A DNA stretch of 64,000 nt from contig JAFTPZ010000005.1 in the NCBI GenBank assembly GCA_017463025.1, positions 408 to 64,407 on the forward strand, in the 5' to 3' direction. A model generated the notes under the pieces. The model worked only from the letters and a program-made list of their open reading frames with translations, was not told the DNA's origin and did not search any database. Each line of letters opens with the position of its first letter. Positions within the stretch are counted from its first letter, which is position 1. A program made the position numbers and the translations under genes. This document shows, piece after piece, positions 15,345 through 25,117 of the stretch. Source of the DNA: Clostridia bacterium (lineage in GTDB: Bacteria; Bacillota; Clostridia; Christensenellales; Borkfalkiaceae).

Positions 15345-17690
15345 ATGAAGAAAAAGTTGCTTTTGTCGTTATCCATACTCGCTTTCACCGCGACGGTCGT
15401 TCCGTTCGCGGCAAAGTCGGTTGCGGCAGACGAAAGCACGCAAAAAGATATTCTCGTCCTGCCGAGCACGTACGAAGAATACCTGCCCTTAACTGCGCCC
15501 ACAGACGTAGCGGTGAGCGAAAACCACACGGCGATCGCGGACGGTAACCACATTTACATCTACGACCGCGCGGAGGATAAATACGAGGTATTCAAGCACG
15601 AGCAAGCAGGGATCGCCACGCAGGACGAAGTGAAAAAACTGCAATTTGCCGCCAACGGAAAATTGTATTATGCGGACAGCTCTTCGGGGGACAACTTCTA
15701 CGAACTGAACATACACGACTTCACCACGACGAAATTCGAGGACATTGCCTGCGACACTTTCGTTATCCACGATCAGGAATTGTATTTCGCCGGTCCTACG
15801 GGCGTTTTATACTCCACCTCGCTCGCCGATTACGACGCGCCAAAAACGCCCGTTTGTTTGCAAAGCTCGCCGCGCGATCCCGTGTTGGCTTTTTGGATGG
15901 GCGAGCTTTATTTCACGGATAACGGCGCGATGCAGAGCTTGTACAAGCTCGACACGAGCTCCGAAACTCCCACACAGGTAACGACGTTTTCCGAGCCGAT
16001 CGAGCATATGTCTATTCACGGGGAGGTCTTCGCTTGCACCACCACGGCAGGTAATTTCTACACCTACGCATTGTCCGACCTGTCCCAACAGACTAAACAG
16101 GTCAAAACGGAGGATAAAACGGGCAATTATTCCGCCCTCGCCGCATACGAGGGATATTTCTACGCGATCAAAGGGAGCGCGGTACGGCAATATTCCTTAC
16201 AAGACCACGCGTTCACGAGCTTTGAGATCTGTTCCCGTTCCGATTCGGTAAACCGTCTGGATCGGGCGCAGGAAATTTTCCTTGCGAAAGACAAATTGTT
16301 CGTGGCGGATAACGGCAACGACCGTATTTCCGTATACGACCGCACGACGGGCGCTTTTGAAACGCCCGTTCCCACGGAAATAGACGCGCTGTATTTGGCG
16401 GCAAACGAAAACACGTTGCTTGCGGCAAACGCCGAAAAAGCGATCCTCTACGACCTTCACACCGAAAGCTACGGCGCGCCGCTCCTTTCGTTCGAGAATT
16501 TCAACGGCAATATCGTCGGCGTCGCGGAGGTATACGGCAAATATTATCTCGCCACCGATAAGGCGCAATTTTACGCGCTGACAAAGGGCGAGGAATGGAC
16601 GCTTACCACTCGCGGCGAAAAGGCAGTTCCCGCTCCAAAGGCGCTCGCCGCCGACGCGTACGGCAATCTATACGTTCTTACTTCTTCGAATATCCACCGC
16701 TACGCGGAGGAGGAATTTATCGATCCTACCAAAGAGGGCGAAAAGCTGAATTTGAGCATACCTTTCGACACGACGGAGATCGTCGTGGACTATCACCAAA
16801 CGGTGTACGCGCTTTCTCAAAACAGCTTGTATAATTTGACCGCGCAAACGGAATCGTCCTTTGCCACCCCCCTCGTCTATCCCGAAACGCAAACCGCGAG
16901 CGTAATCTCCGTCGCGTTCGGCATTGAGGAGAACGAAACGTATCTGCTCTGCGACGGCACGTATTTAATACGGTCGGCGCGCCTGCATTTGCCCACGGTG
17001 AAAACGATCGAAGTCAACGGCGCGGACGAAAAGGTATTCGAAAGCGCGGAAGCGGAATTTACCGTCGTACAGACAAAGAAAAACGCCCTGCTCGTGGAGT
17101 TCGAGCTCCAAACGTTGCAAGGCGAAGAGTACTTCCCGTACTTGGGATTAGAACGGGACGAAACGCAAAAAACGGCGCTCGTGATCGGCGAGGCGGACGG
17201 TTATTATCTGCTTGCCGTATTCGATGAAACGCAAAATCATTACCGCACCTATCTTGCGTTGAAAACGGCTTGCGAGCCGCTTGCAACGGAGGACTATCGC
17301 ACGGAATATACTGATAGTGAACGGAGAACGGGGTATCTTACCAACGCGATCGCGCTATATAAATTCCCCTATCTCACCGAACTGTTGACGGCAGGCGAGC
17401 TTGCGCGCGGCGCGGAGGTAACGCTCCTTGGCGAGATCGACGAGCTCGACCACGCGTATTATCATATTTCGTACACGAACGAAACGGGCGAAACGGTTAC
17501 GGGCTATATCCCGCAATCGTACGCCAACGATTTCAGCGGTCTGCCGCCAATAAACGAAACGTTGGAAGTAGGAGAAACGGAAAGCGACCGCGATTCGGTG
17601 TTTCGGCTTGCCTATTTGATCTTGGGATTTGCCGCGATCTGCATACTCGCGGATTATCTGATATTAAAAAAGAAAGGAGGAAACGATTGA
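15345..17690 (+). CDS. Exported beta-propeller (NHL/YVTN-like repeat) protein with a C-terminal SH3b-like domain and TM anchor
   Basis: 781 aa with signal peptide MKKKLLLSLSILAFTATVVPFAA and repeats of the LFVADNGNDRISVYD type. The C-terminus is GYIPQSY...LAYLILGFAAICILADYLIL. Confidence 0.7.
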   Translation: MKKKLLLSLSILAFTATVVPFAAKSVAADESTQKDILVLPSTYEEYLPLTAPTDVAVSENHTAIADGNHIYIYDRAEDKYEVFKHEQAGIATQDEVKKLQFAANGKLYYADSSSGDNFYELNIHDFTTTKFEDIACDTFVIHDQELYFAGPTGVLYSTSLADYDAPKTPVCLQSSPRDPVLAFWMGELYFTDNGAMQSLYKLDTSSETPTQVTTFSEPIEHMSIHGEVFACTTTAGNFYTYALSDLSQQTKQVKTEDKTGNYSALAAYEGYFYAIKGSAVRQYSLQDHAFTSFEICSRSDSVNRLDRAQEIFLAKDKLFVADNGNDRISVYDRTTGAFETPVPTEIDALYLAANENTLLAANAEKAILYDLHTESYGAPLLSFENFNGNIVGVAEVYGKYYLATDKAQFYALTKGEEWTLTTRGEKAVPAPKALAADAYGNLYVLTSSNIHRYAEEEFIDPTKEGEKLNLSIPFDTTEIVVDYHQTVYALSQNSLYNLTAQTESSFATPLVYPETQTASVISVAFGIEENETYLLCDGTYLIRSARLHLPTVKTIEVNGADEKVFESAEAEFTVVQTKKNALLVEFELQTLQGEEYFPYLGLERDETQKTALVIGEADGYYLLAVFDETQNHYRTYLALKTACEPLATEDYRTEYTDSERRTGYLTNAIALYKFPYLTELLTAGELARGAEVTLLGEIDELDHAYYHISYTNETGETVTGYIPQSYANDFSGLPPINETLEVGETESDRDSVFRLAYLILGFAAICILADYLILKKKGGND

Positions 17691-17853
17691 TTATGAGTAG
17701 CGACTATCATAGTAATAGCGTAGAACCGCTAAGTCGTTCGGGCAAAGAAAGATCGCCCTCCTTTTCCGCGCGTTTTTTCCGCGCCCTTATAACGCATTAA
17801 CGATTACTACGCTACCTTAAAGACCAAAATAATAAAAAAGAGGTAGAGTAGAC

Positions 17854-19212
17854 ATGGAAATTTTAGAACTTTTAACGGAGCGCAAATTCGGCGCTCTGAA
17901 ACCCCTTGTTGCGTCCATGAACGCCACCGACCTTGCAGGCGTTTTCGAACAGATCGAAAACGAAACGGACTTGCCCGTGCTCTTCCGTATCCTGCCCAAA
18001 GACCTTGCGGCGGAAACGTTCGTGGAAATGGACGGCGACTTGAAAGAAAAACTGCTCGGCGCGCTCAACGATAAGGAGCTTCGCGCCGTTATGGACGAAT
18101 TATTCCTCGACGACACGGTGGATATTATCGAGGAAATGCCGGCGAGCGTCGTCAAGCGTATGCTCGCGCAAAGCGACGCGGAAACGCGCGCGTATATCAA
18201 CGAAATACTCAAATACCCCAAGGACAGCGCAGGGAGTATTATGACGATCGAGTTCGTCGCGTTGCGTAAAGCAATGACGGTGGACGAGGCGTTCGAACGT
18301 ATCAGAAAAACGGCGATCGATAAAGAAACGATCTACACTTGTTACGTAACCGACGATAAAAACAAACTGCTCGGTCTGGTTTCCGCAAAGGATCTTATGC
18401 TCGCGCAAAAAACGGCGACGATCGGGGAAATTATAACGGAAAACGTCATCTACGCATACACCGAGGACGACAAGGAAGACGTCGCGCGGAAGATCTCCGA
18501 CTACGGTTTTCTCGCCCTTCCCATCGTCGATCGGGAAATGCGGCTCGTCGGTATCGTAACGGTAGACGACGCAATGGACGTCCTGCAAGAAGAGAACACC
18601 GAAGATATCGCGAAAATGGCGGCGGTTACGCCTACGGATAAACCGTATCTGAAAACGAGCGTCTGGCGCATTTGTATCAACCGCTTGCCGTGGCTTTTGA
18701 TCTTGCTCGTATCCTCCACCTTTTCGGGGCTCATCATTTCCGCCAACGAGGCGACCTTGAATATGCCCGTATACGGGATCGTACTCACGGCGTGTATGCC
18801 TATGCTGATGGGCACGGGCGGCAACGCAGGTTCGCAGGCAAGCGCGATGATCATTCGCGGAATCGCGTTGAAAGAGGTAAGCTTTTCCGACCTATGGAGG
18901 GTGGTATGGAAAGAAATACGCGTTTCCGTACTCCTCGGCGCGATCCTTTCGGCGGCGTGCTTTTTGAAAGTACTCTTCGTCGATAAGCTGTATGCGGTAC
19001 AAAACGGCACGCTCGTGGCTTTGGTCATTTCGTTGTCTATGCTTTGCACGATCTTTTTTGCCAAGCTGATCGGCGCGATACTCCCCCTGCTCGCGAAAAA
19101 ATTAAAGCTCGATCCGGCGGTGGTCGCCTCCCCTTTCATCACCACGATCGTGGACGTGTTATCCTTGACGATCTATTGCGCGTTCGCCGTAGCGATTTTA
19201 GGAAGTTTATAA
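17854..19212 (+). CDS. mgtE: Magnesium transporter MgtE
   Basis: MgtE N-domain, CBS pair, and a five-TM C-domain with a GNAGSQAS motif. 452 aa. Confidence 0.93.
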   Translation: MEILELLTERKFGALKPLVASMNATDLAGVFEQIENETDLPVLFRILPKDLAAETFVEMDGDLKEKLLGALNDKELRAVMDELFLDDTVDIIEEMPASVVKRMLAQSDAETRAYINEILKYPKDSAGSIMTIEFVALRKAMTVDEAFERIRKTAIDKETIYTCYVTDDKNKLLGLVSAKDLMLAQKTATIGEIITENVIYAYTEDDKEDVARKISDYGFLALPIVDREMRLVGIVTVDDAMDVLQEENTEDIAKMAAVTPTDKPYLKTSVWRICINRLPWLLILLVSSTFSGLIISANEATLNMPVYGIVLTACMPMLMGTGGNAGSQASAMIIRGIALKEVSFSDLWRVVWKEIRVSVLLGAILSAACFLKVLFVDKLYAVQNGTLVALVISLSMLCTIFFAKLIGAILPLLAKKLKLDPAVVASPFITTIVDVLSLTIYCAFAVAILGSL

Positions 19213-19215
19213 CGC

Positions 19216-19245
19216 AAAAAAGCACCTCAATAGAGGTGCTTTTTC
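19216..19245. terminator. Bidirectional intrinsic terminator between convergent mgtE and cysK
   Basis: aaaaa-agcacctc-aata-gaggtgct-tttt: a perfect 8-bp stem flanked by A and T runs. Confidence 0.75.
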
Positions 19246-19253
19246 GTATGCTT

Positions 19254-20162
19254 TTATAAAATAGACAAATACCTGCCCCCACCGTCGGGGAAAATTACTA
19301 CGATATTTTTATCTGCGTTTTCTTCGCGCTTTGCAAGCTCTATTGCGGCGGCGAGCGCCGCGCCCGAGGAAATCCCCACGAACAAGCCCTCCGTTTTACT
19401 CGCCTCGCGCGCCCATAAAAACGCGTCCTCGTCGGAAACGGCAATCACCTCGTCGTATATCCCCCTATCCAACGTTTTGGGCAAGAAGTTCGCGCCGATA
19501 CCTTGAATACCGTGCTTACCTGCCACCCCTTTGGAAAGCAGGGGGGAGTTTGACGGCTCGACCGCCACCACGCGCGTTTGCGCGTTTTTTTCTTTGAGGT
19601 ATTTTCCCACGCCCGTGATCGTGCCGCCCGTACCCACGCCGCATACGAAAATATCCGTTTTACCCTCCGTTTGCGCGTAAATTTCGGGCGCGGTCGTTTC
19701 GTAATGCGCCGCAGGGTTGGCTGGGTTTTCAAACTGCCCTGCCACGATCGCGTTGGGGGTATTTTTCAAAAGCTCCTCCGCTTTATCCACCGCGCCTTGC
19801 ATACCTTTCGAGCCCTCCGTGAGCACGATCTTTGCGCCGTACGCCTTGATGAGCTTTTGCCGTTCCACGCTCATATTATCGGGCATTACGATCACCGCTT
19901 GATAGCCGCGCGCCGCCGCCACGAGCGCAAGCCCTATGCCCGTGTTGCCGCTCGTAGCCTCTATGATCGTACCGCCGACTTTGAGCTTGCCCGTCCTTTC
20001 CGCGTCCTCTACGATCGCTTTCGCCACGCGGTCTTTGATCGAGCCTGCCGGATTGTAAAATTCCACCTTGGCGAATATCTTTCCTTTCAAGGCGTACTTT
20101 TCCTGCGTTTTTTTCAATTCCACGAGCGGCGTGTTGCCGATCAGATCTTCCACGTTACGCAT
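19254..20162 (-). CDS. cysK: Cysteine synthase A (O-acetylserine sulfhydrylase)
   Basis: PLP-lysine context NPAGSIKDR, plus the SGNTGIGLA and GVGTGGTITG loops. 302 aa. Confidence 0.93.
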   Translation of the reverse strand: MRNVEDLIGNTPLVELKKTQEKYALKGKIFAKVEFYNPAGSIKDRVAKAIVEDAERTGKLKVGGTIIEATSGNTGIGLALVAAARGYQAVIVMPDNMSVERQKLIKAYGAKIVLTEGSKGMQGAVDKAEELLKNTPNAIVAGQFENPANPAAHYETTAPEIYAQTEGKTDIFVCGVGTGGTITGVGKYLKEKNAQTRVVAVEPSNSPLLSKGVAGKHGIQGIGANFLPKTLDRGIYDEVIAVSDEDAFLWAREASKTEGLFVGISSGAALAAAIELAKREENADKNIVVIFPDGGGRYLSIL

Positions 20163-20813
20163 TTATTTCCCTCCGCAAAATTGCAATATATCGAGCGGCG
20201 TTTCGACGAAAACTTTACCGCCGTTTTTTTGCAAAAATTCCTTTTCCTTAAAACCCCAAACGACGGAAATACAATCGACTTCCGCGTTCTTCGCCGTTTG
20301 GATATCCACCTCCGAATCCCCGACATACACGGTGGTTTCTTTGCTTGCGTTCAGATTTTTCATCACCGCAAGCAGGGAATCGGGCGCGGGTTTTCTGCGT
20401 ACGCCCATTGCCTCGTTTTCGCCTACCGCCTCGCAAAGTAGGTCGGGAAAATACTCCTTTGCCAGCGTTTTCACTGCAAAATCCGCTTTATTCGACACCA
20501 CCGCCGCTAAAACGCCGCGGCTTTTGAGCGTCTGCAAAAGCTCCAAAACGCCTGCGTACGGCTTGGTCTTATCCTTACAATGCGCGCCGTAAAACGTGCG
20601 AAACGCCGTCATCATACCCTCGAAATCGGGGCATTTCTCCGCCGACGCCCTTTTCATTAAATTGACGATACCGTTCCCCACGAACGAGCGCACTTCCTCT
20701 CGCGTTCGCGTAGGCAAGGAAAAGCAGGTCAGCGCGTGATTGACCGCCGCCGTGAGATCGTCGAGCGTGTCGAGCAACGTGCCGTCCAGATCGAAAATAA
20801 CCGTCGTATACAT
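20163..20813 (-). CDS. HAD-superfamily phosphatase (phosphoglycolate phosphatase-like)
   Basis: Motif I IFDLDGTLLDT and motif IV VYVGDSEVDIQTAKNA. The start overlaps the response-regulator stop (TAATG), and the stop abuts the cysK ATG. Confidence 0.85.
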   Translation of the reverse strand: MYTTVIFDLDGTLLDTLDDLTAAVNHALTCFSLPTRTREEVRSFVGNGIVNLMKRASAEKCPDFEGMMTAFRTFYGAHCKDKTKPYAGVLELLQTLKSRGVLAAVVSNKADFAVKTLAKEYFPDLLCEAVGENEAMGVRRKPAPDSLLAVMKNLNASKETTVYVGDSEVDIQTAKNAEVDCISVVWGFKEKEFLQKNGGKVFVETPLDILQFCGGK

Positions 20814-21463
20814 TAAAGCACCGCCTTGATCGCCTGCACCGCCTCCGTGCGGTTTTCGCTGTTCGTTTTGATATAAATGGAAGAAACGTAATTTCTCGTC
20901 GTACCCTCGGAAAGTTTGAGTGCGGCAGAAATTTGGCGGTTGGTAAATCCCTCGTACATCATCAGCGCGATCTCCACTTCACGATCGGAAAGAGAAAACG
21001 CGCGCGTGAGCTTAATCTCCCGATCCGCCGCCACGCGGCTTGCCGCGTCCGTGATTCGCCGCGCGATCTTTGCAGGCAGAATGGTATCCCCTGCGTACGC
21101 GTTCTTCACCGCGTCGATAAGGGCGGACGAGGAAACGTCTTTGAGCAGATAACCGCTCGCGCCGTTATTGATGGCGTTCAAAATATAATCGCTGTCGTCG
21201 AAAGTCGTTAAGATCACCACTTTCACGTTCGGGTATTCCGATTTGATGCGTTGGGTAGCCACCACGCCGTTCATATTCGGCATACGTATATCCATAAGCA
21301 CGACGTCGGGCAAAACCGACTGCATTTTTTCGAGCGCGTCGAACCCGTCGAGGGCGACCCCCACGACTTCGATCTCCTCGTCGCTTTCCAAAACGTTTTT
21401 CAATTCCTCCGCAAGCTCTTTCTGATCGTCCGCGATCAACACGCGAATTTTGTTTTCCTGCAT
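20813..21463 (-). CDS. NarL/LuxR-family response regulator
   Basis: Receiver domain (VLIADDQ, VVLMDIRMP) and a LuxR HTH (LSDREVEIALMMYEGFTNRQISAAL). Confidence 0.92.
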   Translation of the reverse strand: MQENKIRVLIADDQKELAEELKNVLESDEEIEVVGVALDGFDALEKMQSVLPDVVLMDIRMPNMNGVVATQRIKSEYPNVKVVILTTFDDSDYILNAINNGASGYLLKDVSSSALIDAVKNAYAGDTILPAKIARRITDAASRVAADREIKLTRAFSLSDREVEIALMMYEGFTNRQISAALKLSEGTTRNYVSSIYIKTNSENRTEAVQAIKAVL

Positions 21464-21476
21464 CTTCCCTCTCCTT

Positions 21477-22775
21477 TTATTTTTCCGTATCGACGGGCAA
21501 AGTGATCTTCAATTCGAACCCGTCCCCTTTTTCCGATATAAATTCCACCTCGCCACCGAGCGATTTTGCGCGCTCGCGCATACCCGAAAGCCCGAACCCG
21601 ACTTGGAGTTTGTCTATCTCCACGCCCCTACCGTTATCCGAAAGGAAAAATTCGATCTTTCCTCCCGCCTCTTTCAGCTCGAACCAAAACGCCGTCGCGC
21701 CGCCGTGGCGCAAGCCGTTGGATATACCCTCTTTGAGAGAGTTGCAAAGAAACCGAAATTTCGCAGGCGATACTTTTATCTCTTGTATTTCCGAACGAAT
21801 GGTGATGCCCGTGCCGTCCGTCGATTCGTGGATAACCCCTTCGAGCGCCGTTTTCAGCGTCTGATTTTCGTGCAGCCCCGACAAAAGGTGTACGCTGTCG
21901 CGCAATTCTTCCAAGGCGTGTTTTGCCTGTAAATTCGCCGCAACAAGCTTGTTTTTCGCCTCTTCGGGATTACTGCTCATGAGTAGCTTTGCCGACTCCG
22001 TCTGCATGATCACCGTCGTGATCGAATGTCCTGCCGTGTCGTGGATATCCTTGGCGATACGTTGCCGTTCTTCAAGCGCGGTAACTTCCGCTACCACCGC
22101 ATACGCCTTTTCCAGCTCCTTTTTACTCGCGTCTAATTCTTTTAACGTTTTATCCAAGCGCAGGAACTGCCGATAAAACGCCTGCCCCACCTGTACGATC
22201 ACGAAATGCACCACGAGCGCGAACACCGCGCTGATCAGCTGCGTCAACAGCGGAAGAAGGTCGGCGTTCCATTTGAACAGGACGTAGTTTTGCAACAGAT
22301 AGCTCGCCACGTACAGCGGTACGGACACGGAAAGCAAAATCGCGGACGGGCGCGTGCGCTCCGTTCCGATATAAAATTCGGTGAGTACGAGCATATACAC
22401 GAGCATTGCCGCCGTACCGTCGGTAACGAACGTGAAACCGCAGGCGGCGAGCGCGTCGAGAATATACAAAACAACACGCGCTCTACCCTTGACGATAAAG
22501 AGCTTCAAGCCCTCTGCGAGCACGAGCGTACCGCTTACCGCAACCAGCCAAAAAAACGCCGTCCAACCGCCGCGCGCCTCGAATTCAAAGCTGTGTTGTA
22601 TGAATATAAAGCCGACGACGAGCACGATCACGATAAAGATCAGCCATTTACAAAAGACGATAAACTGCCGTTCGTTGCGCAGATCGTATTTCCCGAACAC
22701 GCGCAAAAAGGAGGCGCGGAAACCCTTTTCCTCTCCCTTTTTCATATTCGGCTTTACGGTTTTGTTCGTTTGCAT
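21477..22775 (-). CDS. Membrane sensor histidine kinase (HisKA_3 type, intramembrane-sensing layout)
   Basis: Five to six N-terminal TM helices with no large extracytoplasmic loop. H-box IAKDIHDTAGH, and ATPase motifs DNGRG and GFGLSGMRER. Confidence 0.9.
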   Translation of the reverse strand: MQTNKTVKPNMKKGEEKGFRASFLRVFGKYDLRNERQFIVFCKWLIFIVIVLVVGFIFIQHSFEFEARGGWTAFFWLVAVSGTLVLAEGLKLFIVKGRARVVLYILDALAACGFTFVTDGTAAMLVYMLVLTEFYIGTERTRPSAILLSVSVPLYVASYLLQNYVLFKWNADLLPLLTQLISAVFALVVHFVIVQVGQAFYRQFLRLDKTLKELDASKKELEKAYAVVAEVTALEERQRIAKDIHDTAGHSITTVIMQTESAKLLMSSNPEEAKNKLVAANLQAKHALEELRDSVHLLSGLHENQTLKTALEGVIHESTDGTGITIRSEIQEIKVSPAKFRFLCNSLKEGISNGLRHGGATAFWFELKEAGGKIEFFLSDNGRGVEIDKLQVGFGLSGMRERAKSLGGEVEFISEKGDGFELKITLPVDTEK

Positions 22776-22779
22776 AGTA

Positions 22780-23514
22780 TTACTCTTTGGTCAAGCGGGA
22801 AATAGAATGATTTTTGGTGAGCGGCGCCAATTTACCGCTACCGTAGTAATCGTAAACGCCTTCGGGCGAATAGATAAAATGATTGCAAAGGAGTACGTTC
22901 TGCACACCGCAGATATACAGACAACTTTTCGTCGCCTGATCGTCCGCCTCCGAGGGTTTGGGACTGCCGTACGGATGATTATGCACGAGCACGACGCCCG
23001 ACGGCTTGGCGGCGGCGAGTAACGCCGTAAGCGCCTCTCCGTCGGCATGTACCGAGCCGCCTTGTTTGGATTCAAAGCGTTCGTTACGAAAAATCCTGCC
23101 GTTCCCGTCGAGCAGATATACGTCGAATACTTCGCTCTCCAAAGGGGCGTAGCGTTCGTTGATATAACGGACGAAAGCCTCCCGTTCATACGTTGCGGGC
23201 AAAGCGTTTTCGCCTTTGAATTTATGGAAGTAATCCTGACAGAATTTTCCCATACAGCAAAGAAGTGCGGCGGTATTTTTACCGATCCCCTCCACGCTCA
23301 TGATCTGCTCGGGCGAAGCGGCGAGCAGGTTCGGCAAAGAACCGAACGTCGACAACAGACGGTGCGCCAAATCGTTGGTGTTGCGGCGCGGAATGGAAAA
23401 GCAGAGAAACATTTCCAAGAACTCGTGCTCGCAACAAGTACCTGCCAGCACTTTGTCCATCAAGCGTTGTCTGTGTCCTACGTGATCCTTTCCGTCCATA
23501 ATTCGCTCCGTCAA
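22780..23514 (-). CDS. radC: RadC-family JAB/MPN domain protein
   Basis: HhH region LLASPEQIMSVEGIG and JAMM motif HNHPYGSPKPSEAD. Confidence 0.9.
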   Translation of the reverse strand: MTERIMDGKDHVGHRQRLMDKVLAGTCCEHEFLEMFLCFSIPRRNTNDLAHRLLSTFGSLPNLLAASPEQIMSVEGIGKNTAALLCCMGKFCQDYFHKFKGENALPATYEREAFVRYINERYAPLESEVFDVYLLDGNGRIFRNERFESKQGGSVHADGEALTALLAAAKPSGVVLVHNHPYGSPKPSEADDQATKSCLYICGVQNVLLCNHFIYSPEGVYDYYGSGKLAPLTKNHSISRLTKE

Positions 23515-23618
23515 GTTTTTATTTCTTTTATTGTAACATACTTTATATAAAAAGTCAAAGCCGCAAAAAGGCGAGGCGGTAAAAAAATATATTTTTTTAC
23601 GCTTTACCCTCGATTTTC

Positions 23619-23647
23619 TTTACCTTAAAAGCAAAATAGTGTATAAT
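23619..23647 (+). promoter_or_regulatory. Sigma-70-type promoter upstream of the dipeptidase gene
   Basis: TTTACC, a 17-nt spacer, then TATAAT (23642-23647), preceded by TG. Confidence 0.4.
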
Positions 23648-23681
23648 ATATACGTTCAAATCACAAGGACGGTAAAAAATT

Positions 23682-25067
23682 ATGGCGCATATTATGCAAA
23701 ACTATTTCGACGATATCGTGCGTTCGACGGTAGATATTCTTAAATTCGACTCCTCGCTCAAAATGGCGGAGGGGGAAAACGGCGAATATCCGTTCGGGAA
23801 AGAAACCGCCGATTGTCTGCAATTTTTCCTTTCCCTCGCGGAAAGTTTCGGGTTTGAAACGCATAATTACGATAATTATATCGGAGAAGTGGTCTACGGC
23901 AACGGCGAGGATTTTGCCGTACTTGCCCACCTCGACGTCGTACCTGCCGGCAGCGGTTGGAAATATCCTCCGTTCGGCGGCGTGATTAACGACGATATTT
24001 CCGATACGGGCGTAGAGGGCAGAAAAATCTGGGGACGCGGCACGCTCGACGACAAAACCCCTGCGATCGTTTGTCTGTACGCCTTAAAAGCGCTCAAAGA
24101 CGAGGGTTTTATCCCCCATCGCAAGATCAAACTGATCGTGGGCTGCAACGAGGAATGCGGTTGGGCTTGTATCGATCATTACAACCAAGTTGCGAAAATG
24201 CCGCGCGAGGGCTTTACCCCCGACGCCGATTTCCCCGTGATCTACGCGGAGAAAGGGATTTATCATTTCACCCTCTCCATTCCCGTAAACGACGCGCCTT
24301 TCTCCGCGCTCAAAGCAGGCGAGCGCGTGAATATGGTCTGCGATCTCGCGGAAACCCTTTTGACCAAACAAGCGGGCGCAAAGCTCGTAGACTACGAAAA
24401 TCCCGTAAACGGTACGAGCTTTTCTTACGACAACACGACGAATATTTTGAGAGTACGCGGTAAATCCGCGCACGGCTCTACCCCCCACCGCGGCGCAAAC
24501 GCTTTGGAAGCCCTTCTTTTATTCCTCGGCTCGTTTCACGACGACTGTAAAAAGGCGTACGATATCTTATTTGCCGACGCGCTCGGCTTAAAACAACTCC
24601 AAGACGAAACGGGCGCGCTGACTATGTCGCCGAATATAGCGAGTTTTTCGGGCGGCGTTTTGAAAATTTCGACGGATATCCGTTTCCCTGCCACGTTGGA
24701 TTTGAAAGTGATCACGGATAAGTTGGATACGCTCGGACTTGTTTATGAAACGGACAGCTACAAAGCCCCTCTTTACAACGATCCGAACGGCGCGTTGATC
24801 TCGACGCTTACGAATATCTACAACGCCGCGACGGGTAAGAACGAAACGCCGTGCGCGATCGGCGGCGGTACGTATGCGCGCGCGCTCGAATGCGGTTGCG
24901 GTTTCGGGCCGTATATCCCGAATACGGGCGACGACGTAGCCCATCAACCCAACGAGTTTATCACGTTCGATCGGATCAAGCTTTTGAGTGAAATTTACTA
25001 TAACGCGATCAAGGAAATTTCCAAGCCCAAATATACGCGTATCGGCTGGGTAAAAGTGAAAAGATAA
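23682..25067 (+). CDS. pepV: M20-family dipeptidase (PepV/Sapep-like)
   Basis: HLDVVPAG, WGRGTLDDKTP and GCNEECG metal-ligand motifs. 461 aa. Confidence 0.85.
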   Translation: MAHIMQNYFDDIVRSTVDILKFDSSLKMAEGENGEYPFGKETADCLQFFLSLAESFGFETHNYDNYIGEVVYGNGEDFAVLAHLDVVPAGSGWKYPPFGGVINDDISDTGVEGRKIWGRGTLDDKTPAIVCLYALKALKDEGFIPHRKIKLIVGCNEECGWACIDHYNQVAKMPREGFTPDADFPVIYAEKGIYHFTLSIPVNDAPFSALKAGERVNMVCDLAETLLTKQAGAKLVDYENPVNGTSFSYDNTTNILRVRGKSAHGSTPHRGANALEALLLFLGSFHDDCKKAYDILFADALGLKQLQDETGALTMSPNIASFSGGVLKISTDIRFPATLDLKVITDKLDTLGLVYETDSYKAPLYNDPNGALISTLTNIYNAATGKNETPCAIGGGTYARALECGCGFGPYIPNTGDDVAHQPNEFITFDRIKLLSEIYYNAIKEISKPKYTRIGWVKVKR

Positions 25068-25082
25068 ACGCCAAAAAAATTG

Positions 25083-25115
25083 CGCCGCGCTTTTTTCAAA
25101 AGCGTGGCGTTTTTC
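25083..25115. terminator. Intrinsic terminator (usable from both convergent genes)
   Basis: cgccgcgctttt-ttc-aaaagcgtggcg (12-bp stem, one G-U pair), followed by TTTTTC. An A-run lies on the other side. Confidence 0.7.
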
Positions 25116-25117
25116 TT

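Noticed and set aside
17691-17853. Possible M-box (Mg2+) riboswitch in the 160-nt leader of mgtE
   Set aside because: I could find only an 8-bp long-range pairing (tagcgtag at 17715-17722 with ctacgcta at ~17806-17813). None of the conserved M-box sequence blocks I remember were present. A covariance-model scan (Rfam RF00380) would settle it.
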